64,000 nucleotides of DNA. Origin: Ruditapes philippinarum (lineage: Eukaryota). Positions 27,141 through 40,412 of this stretch are shown here, piece after piece. How positions within the stretch are numbered: the stretch's first letter is position 1; the number at the start of each line of letters is the position of its first letter. A program made the position numbers and the translations under genes. The notes below the pieces were generated by a model. That model was not told the DNA's origin and did not search any database. It saw only the letters and a program-made list of their open reading frames with translations. The stretch spans positions 62,001 to 126,000 of the forward strand of contig NW_026851848.1 of assembly GCF_026571515.1 (NCBI RefSeq), in the 5' to 3' direction.

Positions 27141-29020
27141 TTTTATACCCCCGCACAACAAAGTTGTAAGGGGGGTATACTGGAATCAGCTTGTCCGTCC
27201 GGCCGTCCGTCGGTTTTTTCTTGTCCGCCCAATAACTTAAGATTCCTTTGACCCTTAGTCTTCATATTTGGCATGGAGGTTAGTCATGATTAGTAGATGA
27301 CCCCTATTGATTTTGAGGTCACCAGGTCAAAGGTCAAGGTCACAGGGGCCTTGACTTCAAAAAGCTTGTCCGCCCAATAACTTAAGATTCCTTTGACCTA
27401 CAGTCTTCATATTTGGCATGGAGGTTAGTCATGATTAGTAGATGACCCCTATTGATTTTGAGGTCACCAGGTCAAAGGTCAAGGTCACAGGGGCCTTGAC
27501 TTCAAAAAGCTTGTCCGCCCAATAACTTAAGATTCCTTTGACTCACAGTCTTCATATTAGGCATGGAGGTTAGTCATGATTATTAGATGACCCCTATTGA
27601 TTTTGAGGTCACCAGGTCAAAGGTCAAGGTCACAGGGGCCTTGACTTCAAAAAGCTTGTCAGCCCAATAACTTAAGATTGCTTTGACCTACAGTCTTCAT
27701 ATTTGGCATGGAGGTTAGTCATGATTATTAGATGACCCCTATTGACTTTGAGGTCACCAGGTCAAAGGTCAAGGTCACAGGGGCCTTGACTTCAAAAAGC
27801 TTGTCCGCCCAATAACTTAAGATTGCTTTGACCCATAGTCTTCATATTTGGCATTGAGGTTAGTCATGATTAGTAGATGACCCCTTTTGATTTTGAGGTC
27901 ACCAGGTCAAAGGTCAAGGTCACAGGGGCATTGACTTCAAAAAGCTTGTCCGCCAAATAACTTAATATTCCTTTGACCCACAGTCTTCATATTTGGCATA
28001 GAGGTTAGTCATGATAAGTAAATGACCCCTATTGACTTTGAGGTCACCAGGTCAAAGGTCAAGGTCACAGGGGCCTTGAATTCAAAAAGCTTGTCCGCCC
28101 AATAACTTAAGATTCCTTTGACCCACAGTCTTCATATTTGGCATGGAGATTAGTCATGATTAGTAGATGACCCCTATTGATTTTGAGGTCACCAGGTCAA
28201 AGGTCAAGGTCACAGGGGCCTTGACTTCAAAAAGCTTGTCCACCCAATAACTTTAGATTCCTTTGACCCACAGTCTTCATATTTGGCATGGAGGTTAGTC
28301 ATGATTAGTAGATGACCCCTATTGACTTTGAGGTCACCAGGTCAAAGGTCAAGGTCACAGGGGCCTTGACTATAAAAAGTTTGTCTGCCCAATAACTTTA
28401 GATTCCTTTGACCCATAGTCTTCATATTTGGAGTGGAGGTTAGTCATGATTTGTAGATGACCCCTTTTGATTTTGAGGTCACTGGATCAAAAGTCAAGGT
28501 CACAGGGACTTTGACTTCAAAAAGTTTGTCTGCCCAATAACTTAAGATTCCTTTGACTAACAGTCTTCATATTTGGCATGGAGGTTAGTCATGATTAATA
28601 GGTGACCCCTATTGATTTTTAGGACACTGGGTCAAAGGTCAAGGTCACAGGGGCCTTGACTAAGAAAGTTTGTCCACCCATTAACTTAAGATGCCTTTGA
28701 CCCACAGTCTTCATATTTGGCATGGATGTTGATCATGACCATAAGGTGACCCCTATTGATTTTGAGGTCACTGGGTCAAAGGTCACAGGGACCTTGACAA
28801 AAAAAGCTTTTCTTCTTAATTGCTAAAGAATGCCTGTCCGCAGTGTATTGATTTTGCCATTTTCACATTTGAAGCATGTAGAATACATAACTTAGCAATG
28901 CACTGGCTTAGTAACCTCAGATTTGGCAGGGCGGTTGTCCTTGAGCTCTAAATGGCCACTGTTGATTCTGACAAAGTGGTATGCGGGGGTATTCACGCCA
29001 TGATAGTGGCAGTTCTAGTT
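27141..29020 (+). mobile_element. Helentron-type (pearl/HINE-like) element carrying ~11 tandem 145-bp satellite monomers (27220-28810)
   Basis: subTIRs ATACCCCCGCA/TGCGGGGGTAT, (GTCC)n microsatellite, 145-bp period (27220, 27365, 27510...), ends CTAGTT. Confidence 0.9.
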
Positions 29021-29974
29021 ACTGACAGTTTTTGTTTTATATGTGTTGATAAGTCAGTAAAATTAAAATGGTGCTGTTGCTTAAGTTTTGTGTCCATTCT
29101 TCTAAATATGAAAGCTATACTGTGACAGTAAAGTTTTATCATGTACATTATATACATTTCAATAACAAAGCTTATTGTATAAGTATACATATTTTTTTAC
29201 ACATTTCTACATTAAATGCATGTATCAGGTGCACAAAAACAACCAAACAGGGAAAATTCTGTATCACACTCGAGTTCGATATGGAATGACATTCAGCTGG
29301 CTTTGCACCGATTACATTTTTCTTGAATTCCGTAATGTGATTTCAATTTGACAAGCTATATTTTAAGTAGGTAACTATAAGAGTGTCTTGATCTTTTACA
29401 TGTATGTAGCTCTTTTGGATTTTACAAGAAAGGATCGCACTCCGCACTTCTACGCCTCGTGAGATCTCAAACCTCGTAAAATTCACTCGGGAGTCAATAG
29501 AAGTTCAAGGTTAAGACATTCTTATGATAAACCTATTAAACTTTAACAGCAGTCAAAATTGCATGCATTGAGGAAAGGAAATCTGCATTGAGGAATGGAA
29601 ATCAAATTTTGAAATTATTTTGGAACATGTCTAAAATCTGAGAACGTGACTGTAATAAATCGTGAAAATTTCTTAAACATAGCAATCCTGTTTGAAATGT
29701 TCTTGTTTGGTAGAATGTCTTTACATGTATTTCCTACTAGTAAAATGTGTTATATACATGTTTAGGAAAGGATTTACTAGAAGTTTTAATTGTTCAAGTC
29801 TTTTGAGTGTGTTCATTTGATCTGTGCCATGTTGTTTATTTATTATATACATGATATCTACACAAATCTACTATCCATGACAGTTATTTACAATGAAGTT
29901 GTTATCCCTGATAACCTCTTGATTTTGTCATAAGTTTTTTTTTAACATTGAACCAGGTTCCATACTCTTGGCTG

Positions 29975-30116
29975 CCTAATTTTAGCCATTTTGATAAAAA
30001 AATAGCCATTTTTGTTTAAAAATTTAGCCATTTGATTAAAATTTAGCCATTTTGATAAAAAAATTAGCCATTTTGATTTAAAATTTAGCCATTTGATCGA
30101 AAATTTAGCCATTTTG
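29975..30116. repeat. Minisatellite, ~22-24-bp unit AAAATTTAGCCATTTTGAT
   Basis: About 7 visible tandem units. Confidence 0.85.
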
Positions 30117-30471
30117 AGTATAAATTCCCCACACATTTACAATGGATGGGTCCAATTTAACGGACAGGTCTGTTTTTAGAAAATTAGCATCGTTAGTATT
30201 GTTTGAGAAGCTGTAACTTTGTTTCAATAAGTCAGGTGTATATAGAAAATTGCAGCAAGTAAAGTGGAGAGAAATCTATTTTTAGAAATCCGTTACACAT
30301 CTACCTTGTATATACATTCACAAACCGTGTATTTTTTACACAGTTATTTATTTTAATCAGTCATTGATCATCAAAAGCGTGAGGGCACATTTTAATTGTT
30401 TTGTGATTTACCCTTGACATCACTCTATCACCTTTCATTTCAAACATACATAGAATCTCTTCTAGTTGTTA

Positions 30472-30750
30472 TTAGCTTGACTTTTCAAAGAATATGGAGA
30501 GCTGTTGTACTCACTCAGGCGTCAGCAACAACTTTGGTTTAATTTTACATGCAAGTTGGTATCTCTAAAACTTAAGAAAGGGAATGAGTTTAAACTTCAC
30601 GCACTTATATGAGAGCATGGTAGGAGGCCATGGCCCGTAACTCTGACATTTATTTTGACAGAATTATAGCCCTTTTTGAACTAAGAAAATTCTGCAATAT
30701 CCAGGCTCTTGTTTTACATACTGAGAGTAGTACTAGCAACAGCTCTTGAT
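30472..30750 (+). mobile_element. Degenerate single-core HINE copy
   Basis: TTAGCTTGACTTTTC 5' end, one core (TTTTGACAGAATTATAGCCC), ACAGCTCTTG 3' end. Confidence 0.55.
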
Positions 30751-31499
30751 TTGTTACGTTTTGACAAGGTTACTTTCTGCATATATATATAAATTATGTT
30801 GTGAAATTATTTTTTCTATACACATACATGTACCCTCTAATTTTGAGGTCAGACACTTAAAATACAGAACTTCGTTTTTTTTTTGGACGGAGACAAACTT
30901 GGTAAACAGTAGATACACATTTTAATAGTCTGTGTGCTACATACAAGTCACTTATGTTTAAAGTAGGTCTTAAGAAAGTATTAAATAATTTATATTTTGT
31001 ATTTCTGACCAGCGAGATTTCATGATAAAATGTTAACAGCATGTTTAACAAAGGGCATTATAAATTTGGTCTAAATGTAAGTGTAAGCAAACATCTAGGA
31101 AGTGTAAGGGAATGCATCTCAAGAAAAATAGTTTTGCTCTTGATTTTTTGAGGTTTTGTTTGGGGTATGCATATATTTAGTACAATAAAAATGTTCAGGG
31201 GATTAGAGTTTTCACTTTGCTGAAAAGAAGTGGTGCCTACACAGCTTATACAGACTTATAGCTTATACAAAACTACACCACTGTATAAATGTCATGAGAA
31301 AATGCTAACTATTATTACCTGAGATGTGAATGGTGTTTTTTTGGTCCGTCCATCAGTGGTTTATTTTTGTGTGTTATACCCTGTAAAGAAATTATATTGT
31401 TTTCACTTTAAAACATGTTTGTACTATCTAAGATTGTAAGCAATTATTTTATTAATAGTTGTTAAACTGTAGTCATATGACGCCATTACATAGCCATTT

Positions 31500-31738
31500 G
31501 AGCCGCGTCACAACAAAACCAACATAATGCGTTTGCGACCAGCATGGATCCAGACCAGCCTGCGCATCTGTGCAGTCTGATCAGGATCCATGCTGTTCTC
31601 TATCAGTTTCTCTACTTGTAAATAGGGTTTGTAAGCGAACAACAGCATGGATCCTGATCAGACTGCGCGGATGCACAGTCTGGTTGGGATCCATGCTGGT
31701 CACAAATGCAATATGTTGGTTTTGTCATGGCACGGCTC
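31500..31738. mobile_element. Palindromic MITE (Sola2-like), copy 2
   Basis: GAGCCGCGTCACAACAAAACC...GGTTTTGTCATGGCACGGCTC. Confidence 0.85.
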
Positions 31739-32889
31739 ATGTAATCTAGCTATAACTGTGTTCAATCATTTAATCTTCATGTCAGTGCTATTGGTTGGTC
31801 AGAGTAGAGACAGCGATAACAGAGATAGTTTTAATTGCTACAAAATGCCTAATTTTTCACTTTTTGGTTGACATGAGAAGTAAAATAGGAGCTGCTTATC
31901 TCTGTTATCTACATCTCTGGTCAGAGTGACAAGAAAGATAACCTTGAGAGAGTCTTGACAGGCTATTATGCCTCCCACCCCCAGAGTATACTACCTTCTG
32001 TGATTGGAAAGTAGAAAAAATGTTGTACTTTTTTTTTAATTTGATGTTTTTCACTTACTTACTATATTATAAGCACTGACACTTATTGAATTCTGTGACC
32101 TGTACAAAAGGTCAAGAAGGTTCATAGTGAATTTGATTGGTTGTTATTATGCTCCTGGAGTATTCTCCCTTTTTCTAGTTGGAATTTAGAAAATAATTTA
32201 TTTTTTTATTATTGGGGGGGGGGGGGGTTCATACTTTTTTTTTACCTTCAACAAATAGCTTCAACACTTTATGAATATAATAACCTCAAGAAAACGGCTC
32301 ATGGAGAATGTGATTGGTTGTAAATATGCTATTGGAGTACATGTATTTTTATTGGAATTTAGGAAGAAAATAGTCTTTTTTCACCTTCTGCACATGCCAC
32401 TGACATTTCCTGAATTAAATCAGTACAAAAAGCTCATATGACACCAATCACCCAATAAACAGTTTCTGGATCACCATGATCTTGTCTCATTTTAACCTTT
32501 GTTGCCAATGGGGAACATATTTGTTTGCCAAATGCATTTTAGCTTTTGTTGTCTGCCTAAATGGAAGAGCTGTCTGTGAATCCTGTAGTCTTTGTTAGTT
32601 GTCTTTAACCAGAATCTTGTATATACAAGTATAAACAGCTTACAACTTTATCTTTCATGCTTTTTATGCTTAGAAGGATTTTTTTAAATATATAAACGAA
32701 ACTTACACAGGGTATATAAATTTAGGAATGAAGCTAATGATATTTAGTTGATAATTTTTTTCTTAATTTGTTTTAATGTGATACTTAAAAAATCCAATTT
32801 CTGCTAAATATTGTAGAAATTAAAACTGGTAACAAATATGGAACTATTAATGGAATTGGTAACAAATTTAGCTACATGTAGTAATATAT

Positions 32890-33122
32890 TTGAGCCTTTT
32901 TTGGCTAGACTATTGAGCTGGGACAAAGTTTCAGCCAATTTTAGTTTGACTTTTTAGCTAACCATTTTTGGCCTCACTTTTTAGCTAGTACAATGTTTCA
33001 GCCTTTTTTTGGCTTGACTTTTGAGCTAGTGTAACTTTTCACACATTTTTTGGCAAAACTTTTTAGCTAGTACAACATTTCTGCCATTTTTGGCTTGACT
33101 TTTTAGCTAACACAATGTTTCA
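32890..33122. repeat. Degenerate ~38-41-bp tandem repeat (TTTTTGGCTTGACTTTTTAGCTAG...)
   Basis: About 6 diverged units. Confidence 0.7.
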
Positions 33123-33161
33123 CTATATGAGCTATTGGTTAATGAATCTTTAAAAACGGAA

Positions 33162-33716
33162 TGGTGGCCTAGTGGTGAAGGTATTTGCTGTTACCTTTAA
33201 ACCAAGGAGACAGGAGTTTGAGCCCTACTAAGGTCATGATCATGCTTCCTCATATGATTCCAGTACTGGTTAGTTCCTCATGTAACACCAGTACTGGTTA
33301 GTTCCTCATATAACACCAGTACTGGTTAGTTCCTCATATGATACCAGTACATGTTAGTTCCTCATATAATATGAGTACTGGTTAGTTTCTCATTGGATAC
33401 CAGTACTGGTTAGTTCCTCATATAATATGAGTACTGGTTAGTTCCTCATTGGATACCAGTACTGGTTAGTTCCTCATTGGATACCAGTACTGGTTAGTTC
33501 CTCATTGGATACCAGTACATGTTAGTACCTGATATGATACAAGTACTGGTTAGTTCCTCATATAATACAAGTACTGGTTAGTTCCTCATATAATACAAGT
33601 TCTGGTTAGTTCCTCATATATTACGAGTACTGGTTATTTCCTCATTGGATACCAGTACTGGTTATTTCCTCATTGGATACCAGTACTGGTTATTTCCTCA
33701 TATGATACCAGTACTC
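33162..33716 (+). repeat. tRNA-SINE head followed by a 28-bp minisatellite (~16 copies of CCAGTACTGGTTAGTTCCTCATATGATA)
   Basis: A-box TGGCCTAGTGG and B-box-like GTTTGAGCCC, then a 28-bp period from 33260; the unit matches the body of the SINE at 51878. Confidence 0.85.
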
Positions 33717-34048
33717 ATTAGTTTCTTATTTAACATTAGTTTTTTCTTTAAATAACAGGATGTATTTTCAGCGAGTGGTGTGAAAATAAATATTTCATGA
33801 GTGGCGGCCAAGAGTGATTTGAATAATATTGATGTTCTTGCTCAGGTTTTCTTTCTTTTTAAAAACAAATAAAATAAAAAAAATTGTTTCATCACTTTGT
33901 GAATGTCCTGGACTTTTTTGCTTTTTTTTATTACTGATTTTTATTGAATATCTGATTTGACATTTATATACTGATGCTCACTTGTAAACAGCTTCTTTTT
34001 AATTATATGTAATATATCAATTCTTATTAAACCAGAACATGTCAAAAT

Positions 34049-34372
34049 CACAGACACTTGGGGTGTGGAGCTCAAAACGCCTTTAAAATCCTAATAAAAT
34101 GCAGATTTGTCAATCCCAGCACATGTACTGATCATATATATCAAAAAAACTTAATATAAGCCGTTTTGAAAAAATTTCATATTTCAACGTCTATAATAAT
34201 ACTTATAGATGTTGAAATATGAAATTTTTTCAAAACGGCTTATATTAAGTTTTTTTATTATATATGATCAAGTTTTTTTATATATAAGATCAGTACATGT
34301 GCTGGGATTGACAAATATGCATTTTATTTGGATTTTAAAGGCGTTTTGAGCTCCACACCCCAAGTGTCTGTG
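34049..34372. mobile_element. Foldback MITE with 8-bp TSD (P-element/Galileo-like termini)
   Basis: ~150-bp inverted arms starting CACAGACACTTGGGG; TSD GTCAAAAT at 34041-34048 and 34373-34380. Confidence 0.85.
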
Positions 34373-34749
34373 GTCAAAATGAATGATTTTATTGTACAGT
34401 GCATTTACTTGATAACAAAGATCAGTGTATAATTTTCATACATTTATTTAGACTATTTGATATAACAATATTCTCAACAACAACAACAATCATTCTGACA
34501 GGTGTGTGTAAGCGTTTTTAAGTAAAAAACTGAAAAATACAATAAATATGACAATTACAGCATAAAATTATCCAAATATGGTTGTTTAAAAGTTTGTATT
34601 TTACAGTAACCACAAAGTATACATTTTTGATTGCTTGACTTTTCTGTGTATTCTTGTAAAATGTTCTATGACCAATTTCTTTTGTGACATTTTATCTACA
34701 GTTTTTGCTATTTGGAATTAATATTAATCTTTGTGGGTAATCTTTATAT

Positions 34750-34983
34750 GAACCGCGTCACGACAAAACCAACATAATGGGTTTGCGACCAGTATGGATC
34801 CAGATCAGCCTGCGCATCCGCGCAGTCTGATCAGGATCCATGCTGTTGCTATCAGTTTCTCTACTTGTTATAGGGTTTGTAAGCGAACAGCATGGATCCT
34901 GATCAGATTACGAGGATGCGCAGGCTGGTCTGGATCCATGCTGGTCGCAAACGCACTATGTTGGTTTTGTTGTGACGTGGCTC
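34750..34983. mobile_element. Palindromic MITE (Sola2-like), copy 3
   Basis: Same sequence family as 16888 and 31500. Confidence 0.85.
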
Positions 34984-36429
34984 AATTATTTTCTAGCCAT
35001 ATATTTGAAGCTCAAGATATGATATAAGGTCTCTTAGGCTGCAAGGTTATTTATTTGAATGAAAGACTGGTAATAAATTGTTATTTACATATGCACCAGC
35101 CATTTTGCAACACAAGTCAACCCCCCCATCCCCCCCACCCCCCAACCAATTCCTTTGAAGAACGGGTTTTCAGAACGGGGACCTTTTTGGAAATCTCCGC
35201 TAAAGCATAGGCCCTTAAAGTTTGACATATCTCTGGCTATTTTCGCGCCAAAACATAATGTAAGCATTTACCTTGGCAGTACTTTGACAGACGAAAGGTA
35301 AAAACCGCTACATGGTTGTTGGGGGGCTTGTGTAACCATTGACTGGTGCATTGTTATAACTGATATACTGGTGTTTGGTCAATTTATATATTGTAGAATT
35401 CATAAGCCAAAAACTTGTAACATGAAAACTGCAGTATTATCTCCATGCTGATAAAAGTTGTTACATCTTTAATTTTTAAATGTTGATATTTTTATTCAAA
35501 CATGTAAAATTAGTTTTTTTCCTGAATAATTTGAATAAAAAAAATTAAAAAATACAACAAATCTTTTTGTTCTTTTCAAACTGACTTACAATATCATTTC
35601 AGTCTTTGCTAAGATGTATTAATGATTTCAATTAATTTAACTCTATGATTTTTACTGTACATTGTTCCTTAAGGCCTACTTCAAAACGAGATTTATGGAG
35701 CAAACCCTATACTGTAGTTCAGTGGGAACGCTGACTGCAAATTTCTGTGGGGGGAAAGTTTGATCGCTCGTTTCTCCAAAATCTTTTGATGAACTTTTTG
35801 GACCAAGGTCCCTGACATTAGTGATTAGTGATTAGTGAATCACCGGAAAGTGTCTATCAGCGTCTGATTTCGTTCATCTTGCGCATGTGCAGGAGTTTGC
35901 ATGCATACACAAATACTCATTATTCCAGAATTCAAACCTTCCCTCTCCTTCAAAGAAACTCGCAATATACGGGTTCTAGTATTCCCCTTGATAGAATCTG
36001 AGTTATCGCGGCTGTTATCTTGCATAATTGGTGTCACGCTATAGTTTTCACTTCTTGAATTATGTCTTTGTGAGGTGAAGTTTCCACACATTTCCTCACT
36101 GTTGCTATGACATGTCCCTTATACAGTCTCTCTAGACACGGTCCTCTCTATGACACGGTCCTCTCTATGACATGGTCCTCTCTATGGCACCATAGTTTCG
36201 GGTTTCTTAGAAATATAAAAAATGGCATTTTATGCAATTACTGCATTGACAAAATTATTTTTTTTGAAAACCATGAATGTTTTGTCAGGAGAAAACTAGA
36301 AAATGGCTGTTGTATATATACTGATACAAGTTCATTAAAACAACATCAGCAACATGAAATAACACATTTTGAAACTCAACAAACTAAATATCAACAATGC
36401 AATACATGTAACTTTAAAAACAAAGTCTA

Positions 36430-36800
36430 CACTAGCCCACTTACAGAATAGCAGCTCACTAATACACCAGATCACTATCACTACATCTCACTTACACAAC
36501 AGGTCACTAATACACCAGCTCACTTACACACCAGCTCACTAACGCACCAGCTCACTTACACACTAGCTCACTGACACATAAGCTTACCAACGCAATACCA
36601 GGTCACTAACACACCAGCTCACTTACACAACAGATCACTAACGCACCAGCTCACTTACACACCAGCTCACTGACACATAAGCTTACCAACGCAATACCAG
36701 GTCACTAACACAATACCAGCTTACTAGCACATCATCTCACTAGTTAACACAACATCAACTCACTAACACAACACTAGCTCATTTACACAACACCAACTCA
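36430..36800. repeat. Degenerate ~16-19-bp CA-rich minisatellite (ACACCAGCTCACT)
   Basis: Repeated CACCAGCTCACT(T/A)AC units. Confidence 0.75.
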
Positions 36801-36899
36801 ATATAGTGCACTGATACAAGATGTCAGTCATTCATTCAAAACAAAACTATTCATTAGTAGCAACATGGACCATCAGCAGCAGCAATCTGACAGAATTAT

Positions 36900-37770
36900 T
36901 ATTCGGATTACATTTAGTGTTCTGAAACAAACACGACCAGGTGTACATGTACCACCAATAATATTAATTGCATTCCCGGATAACTCTCGACTGTGCATTG
37001 TTGAAACTTTGAAATAATATCTAAATAGGACAATATACATGCGAAAAGATAAACAGTTACTTATATATCAACAGTGAAGCCACATGGTTCAGTTTCAAAA
37101 CAAACTGTCGGCAGATGGATCAAAATTACAATGTTAAAGCCGGAATTCAGGAATACTTTAAACCACATAGTACAAGACATGCCAGTACTTCTTATGCATT
37201 ATACAAAGGTGTTCCTTTAACTGAAATTATCAAAGCGGCAGGCTGGAACAATTCAAGTACTTTTGAAAAATTTTACAACAAAACATTTGAATTACAAATG
37301 AGTATTATTAAATGATGAAATATATATAATAAATATAATAATAATAATATGTTGTTGGAATGTTTATTGGGGTTTTGTTTGTCATAGTACATATAAGTAT
37401 AATAATTATTGTATAATTATTTTGAGTGGAATTGGAATATTTCGTAGTAATTTGCTCTAAACAATCTGTGGGGCCCTTAAGGGAGTTTATGTGTTGGATG
37501 AAATTTAATGATTAAGCTAGAACTAAGGCGAAGGTTGATCATAATTTCATCCGACACAAAACTCCCTAAGGGCTCACACGCCCGCCCACTTCCACCCGAT
37601 AAAAATTGCTCCAAAATATATACATGTTACTTTCTCTAAAAAATGAATACCTTGGCTGCTGGTAGCTGCGTTCCTAATCTGTGTGAGCCCTTAGGGAGTT
37701 TTGTGTCGGATGAAATTATGATAAACCTTCGCCTTACTTCTACGAAGGTAAGTCTAGCCTAATCATTAAA
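36900..37770 (+). mobile_element. DIRS1-type retrotransposon 3' fragment: disrupted tyrosine recombinase, internal complementary region and right ITR
   Basis: LKQTRPG...RLCIVETLK*YL...KPHGSVSKQTVGRWIK...FKPHSTRHASTS...IIKAAGWNNSSTFEKFY (HxxR, W, catalytic Y) with a stop and frameshifts; 37504-37579 is inverted at 37681-37769. Confidence 0.88.
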
Positions 37771-37782
37771 ACAATATTAACA

Positions 37783-38412
37783 ATTAGTAGCAACATGAAC
37801 TATTAGTAGCAACATGATCTGTTAGTAGCAACATGAACTATAAGCAGCATAAACTATAAGCAGCATCATGAACTATCAGTAACAACATGTACTATTAGCA
37901 GCAACACGAACTGAAAGCAGCAGCATGAACTATTACCAGCAACATAAACTATAAGTAGCAACTTGAACTATTAGTAGCAACATGAACTATTAGTTGAACT
38001 ATTAGTAGCAACATGAACTATTAGTAGCAGCATGAACTATTAGTTGAACTATTAGTAGCAACATGAACTATTAGTAGCAGCATGAACTATTATCAACAAC
38101 ATAAACTATTAGTAGCAACATGAACTATTAGTAGCAACATGAACTATTAGCAACAACATGAACTATTAACAGCAGCATGAACTACTTGTAGCAACATGAA
38201 CTATTAGTAGCAGCATGCATTATAAACAACAGCATGAACTATTAGCAGCAACATGAACTGTAAGTAGCAGCATGAACTATAAATAGCAACATGAATTATC
38301 AGCAGCAACATGAACTATTAGCAGCAACATGAAATTTTAAGTAGCAACATGAACTATTAGCAGTATCATGAACTATGTGCAGCAGCATGAACAATGTGCA
38401 GCAGCATAAACT
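37783..38412. repeat. 19-bp minisatellite AGTAGCAACATGAACTATT (~30 units)
   Basis: Direct tandem array; similar units also lie just left of the DIRS fragment (36845-36885). Confidence 0.9.
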
Positions 38413-38635
38413 AATTAAAAACAACAAGAGCTTAAAGAAGAGAAACCATACGTTGTAAACTAGCAATAGTGTTATACACCGGTAATGTCCCCCAATCTAA
38501 AATCGTCGGCTCTTTTGATAATCAGTTTACGTGAAGACTTGCGGGGCAATTCGAAAACAGCGGCGTTGATTGCCCCACCACGGAGTCATGTTAAATGTAT
38601 TGACAAAACACAAAAAGATTACTACATGTGCATAC

Positions 38636-40412
38636 CTTCAACCATATTGGAATACCCTTGTCGTCTGCATCTTCTATAGTAGATATGTATGACGACAACA
38701 AGAACAGCAAGAAAAATTATACCGCCAACGCTGCCAATTATGATTCCAGGCAGATATCTGAAATGATAACTAGATCTTTCAACTTTGATCTGTGTAAATC
38801 AAACGGTAAATCATTTGGTTTTCTCCCCGACTATCATGAAGAAATATCCAGAAAGTAAAGAACCTGGTCAGACAGCATTGGAACAAAGTCTTTGTTGTGT
38901 CGGTCCAATCATGTAAGGGTTGAAATTTTAGCGTATTTAATATGATTTAATTTTCTTTTACCACCGTGATTTTTTTATTTGTTATCACGCTTTTCGGATT
39001 CTTTCATGTGAGAAAGCTTATCAGCTAGCTTACGGAACGTCGGTGGTTCTACTCAGGTGCCCGTTCGTGCCTGAAATAATGTACGGAAGGGCTCCCGAGG
39101 TCTTCCTCAACCAGTAAAGATGGAACATCGCCATATGACCTATACTGTGTCGGTGTGACGTAAAATCCAATGAAACAAACAAACAAACTTATCAAGCTTT
39201 TAGTAATGTAACAGTCTGGAGATACATATAATAGGAAATACAGTGTCTGCAAATAAAAAAAAAGAATAGATAAGTAAGCTGCTAATTTAGGCCTACAGAC
39301 AAGTTTACAGGCAATATAATAAAAAAAAATACACTTTTTAAAAAGTGTTGGCTATAAGATTTACACATTTAATGCACTAATTTTGTATTTATAGATTTAA
39401 CCGGTAGATTTTAAGGTACCGAAAAAGATACGTATCCGCTTATTCCCCACTCCCTTTGACCGGTATGTCTAAGTAGCAATGAAGAAGAAAATAATGCAGT
39501 CTCAACCATATAATATTTTTTCCCATTTATTTCAATAGGATAAAGTTTACTCATGGCAACAATAAGCCAAGTGTATGCCAATAGACATTTCGTTATAAAA
39601 ATAAGTAATTCCATTGCAATAAGCAATAAGTTTTTATTATTACCTATGGCAACAGTAAGCCAAATGTATGTCACCACAGCAACCCGTTTCGCAGACGATA
39701 CTTCGTGTTTTTTCGAACTGGTCCAAGTATTTACATTGGTATTCGCCAAGTGCATGACCTGTTTATAACAAAAATGAAAATCTTGTGAAATTTACAGGGT
39801 TATATTTTGATCTTGTCCGTAAAAGAAAGGCATTTTATGAAATAACAGAGGAACTCCGTGTGAATTGTTGATTTAGGTTTTTAAAATACTACTATTCTGT
39901 GACAATTTGTTTTACAGTTTTGATATGGATTTCGATTAGGAAAAATAACAAACTTGCTTACCTATCCGAATGTCTGCAGGGACATGAACTTTCCGACGAA
40001 GGTTCGTTACAATTTGTATAAAAGTGTAAACATAAAAAGGAAAAGCGAAAGGAAAATGGTTTACAATTTTGTATTTAATTTAATGGTTTAGACGCCCTGG
40101 TGTCTACAAATGTGCCTTACTATACGCCCACACAAAATTATCACATGAAAGATCGGCGCGTCGCAGCCGGGACTCGAACCACGGTTCGCTGGATTGCCGG
40201 TCAATTTGCTTAACACTGAGTCCCATATATTGCTGATGCTATCCATGTATGATTCAGGCAAATCTTTTATAATAATGACATTCATAAGCAAGTTCTTTTG
40301 GTAAAAGGGAAAATAACCTCCCTTATTTTTTAAACCGTAAAAGGATAAAGGCTTATGCTATATACCACTTACCTAATGACAGTATAAAAATAATTGCTGT
40401 ATTAAAATACAT
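38636..40412 (-). CDS. Shisa/VOPP1/CYYR1-like single-pass membrane protein, paralog B (last exon unresolved)
   Basis: Exons 40412-40373 (MYFNTAIIFILSLG, signal peptide), 39758-39644 (EYQCKY...VCETGCCGDIHLAYCCHR), 38757-38636 (YLPGIIIGSVGGIIFLAVLVVVIHIYYRRCRR, TM); GT-AG with phases 1,2,1. Confidence 0.8.
38996..39188 (+). mobile_element. 5'-truncated SINE (family of 50268-50536)
   Basis: High identity to the SINE body; (AAAC)n tail. Confidence 0.85.

Noticed and set aside
33260-33716. CRISPR-like array (28-bp unit with palindrome)
   Set aside because: Units are head-to-tail with no unique spacers, there are no cas genes and the context is eukaryotic; the same applies to 37783-38412 and 53866-54125.
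38432-38590. Possible last exon of paralog B (GLRGGAINAAVFELPRK...); also ORF 35840-36091
   Set aside because: No canonical AG acceptor in the right phase, and the intron would be only about 45 nt; cannot be supported without transcripts.
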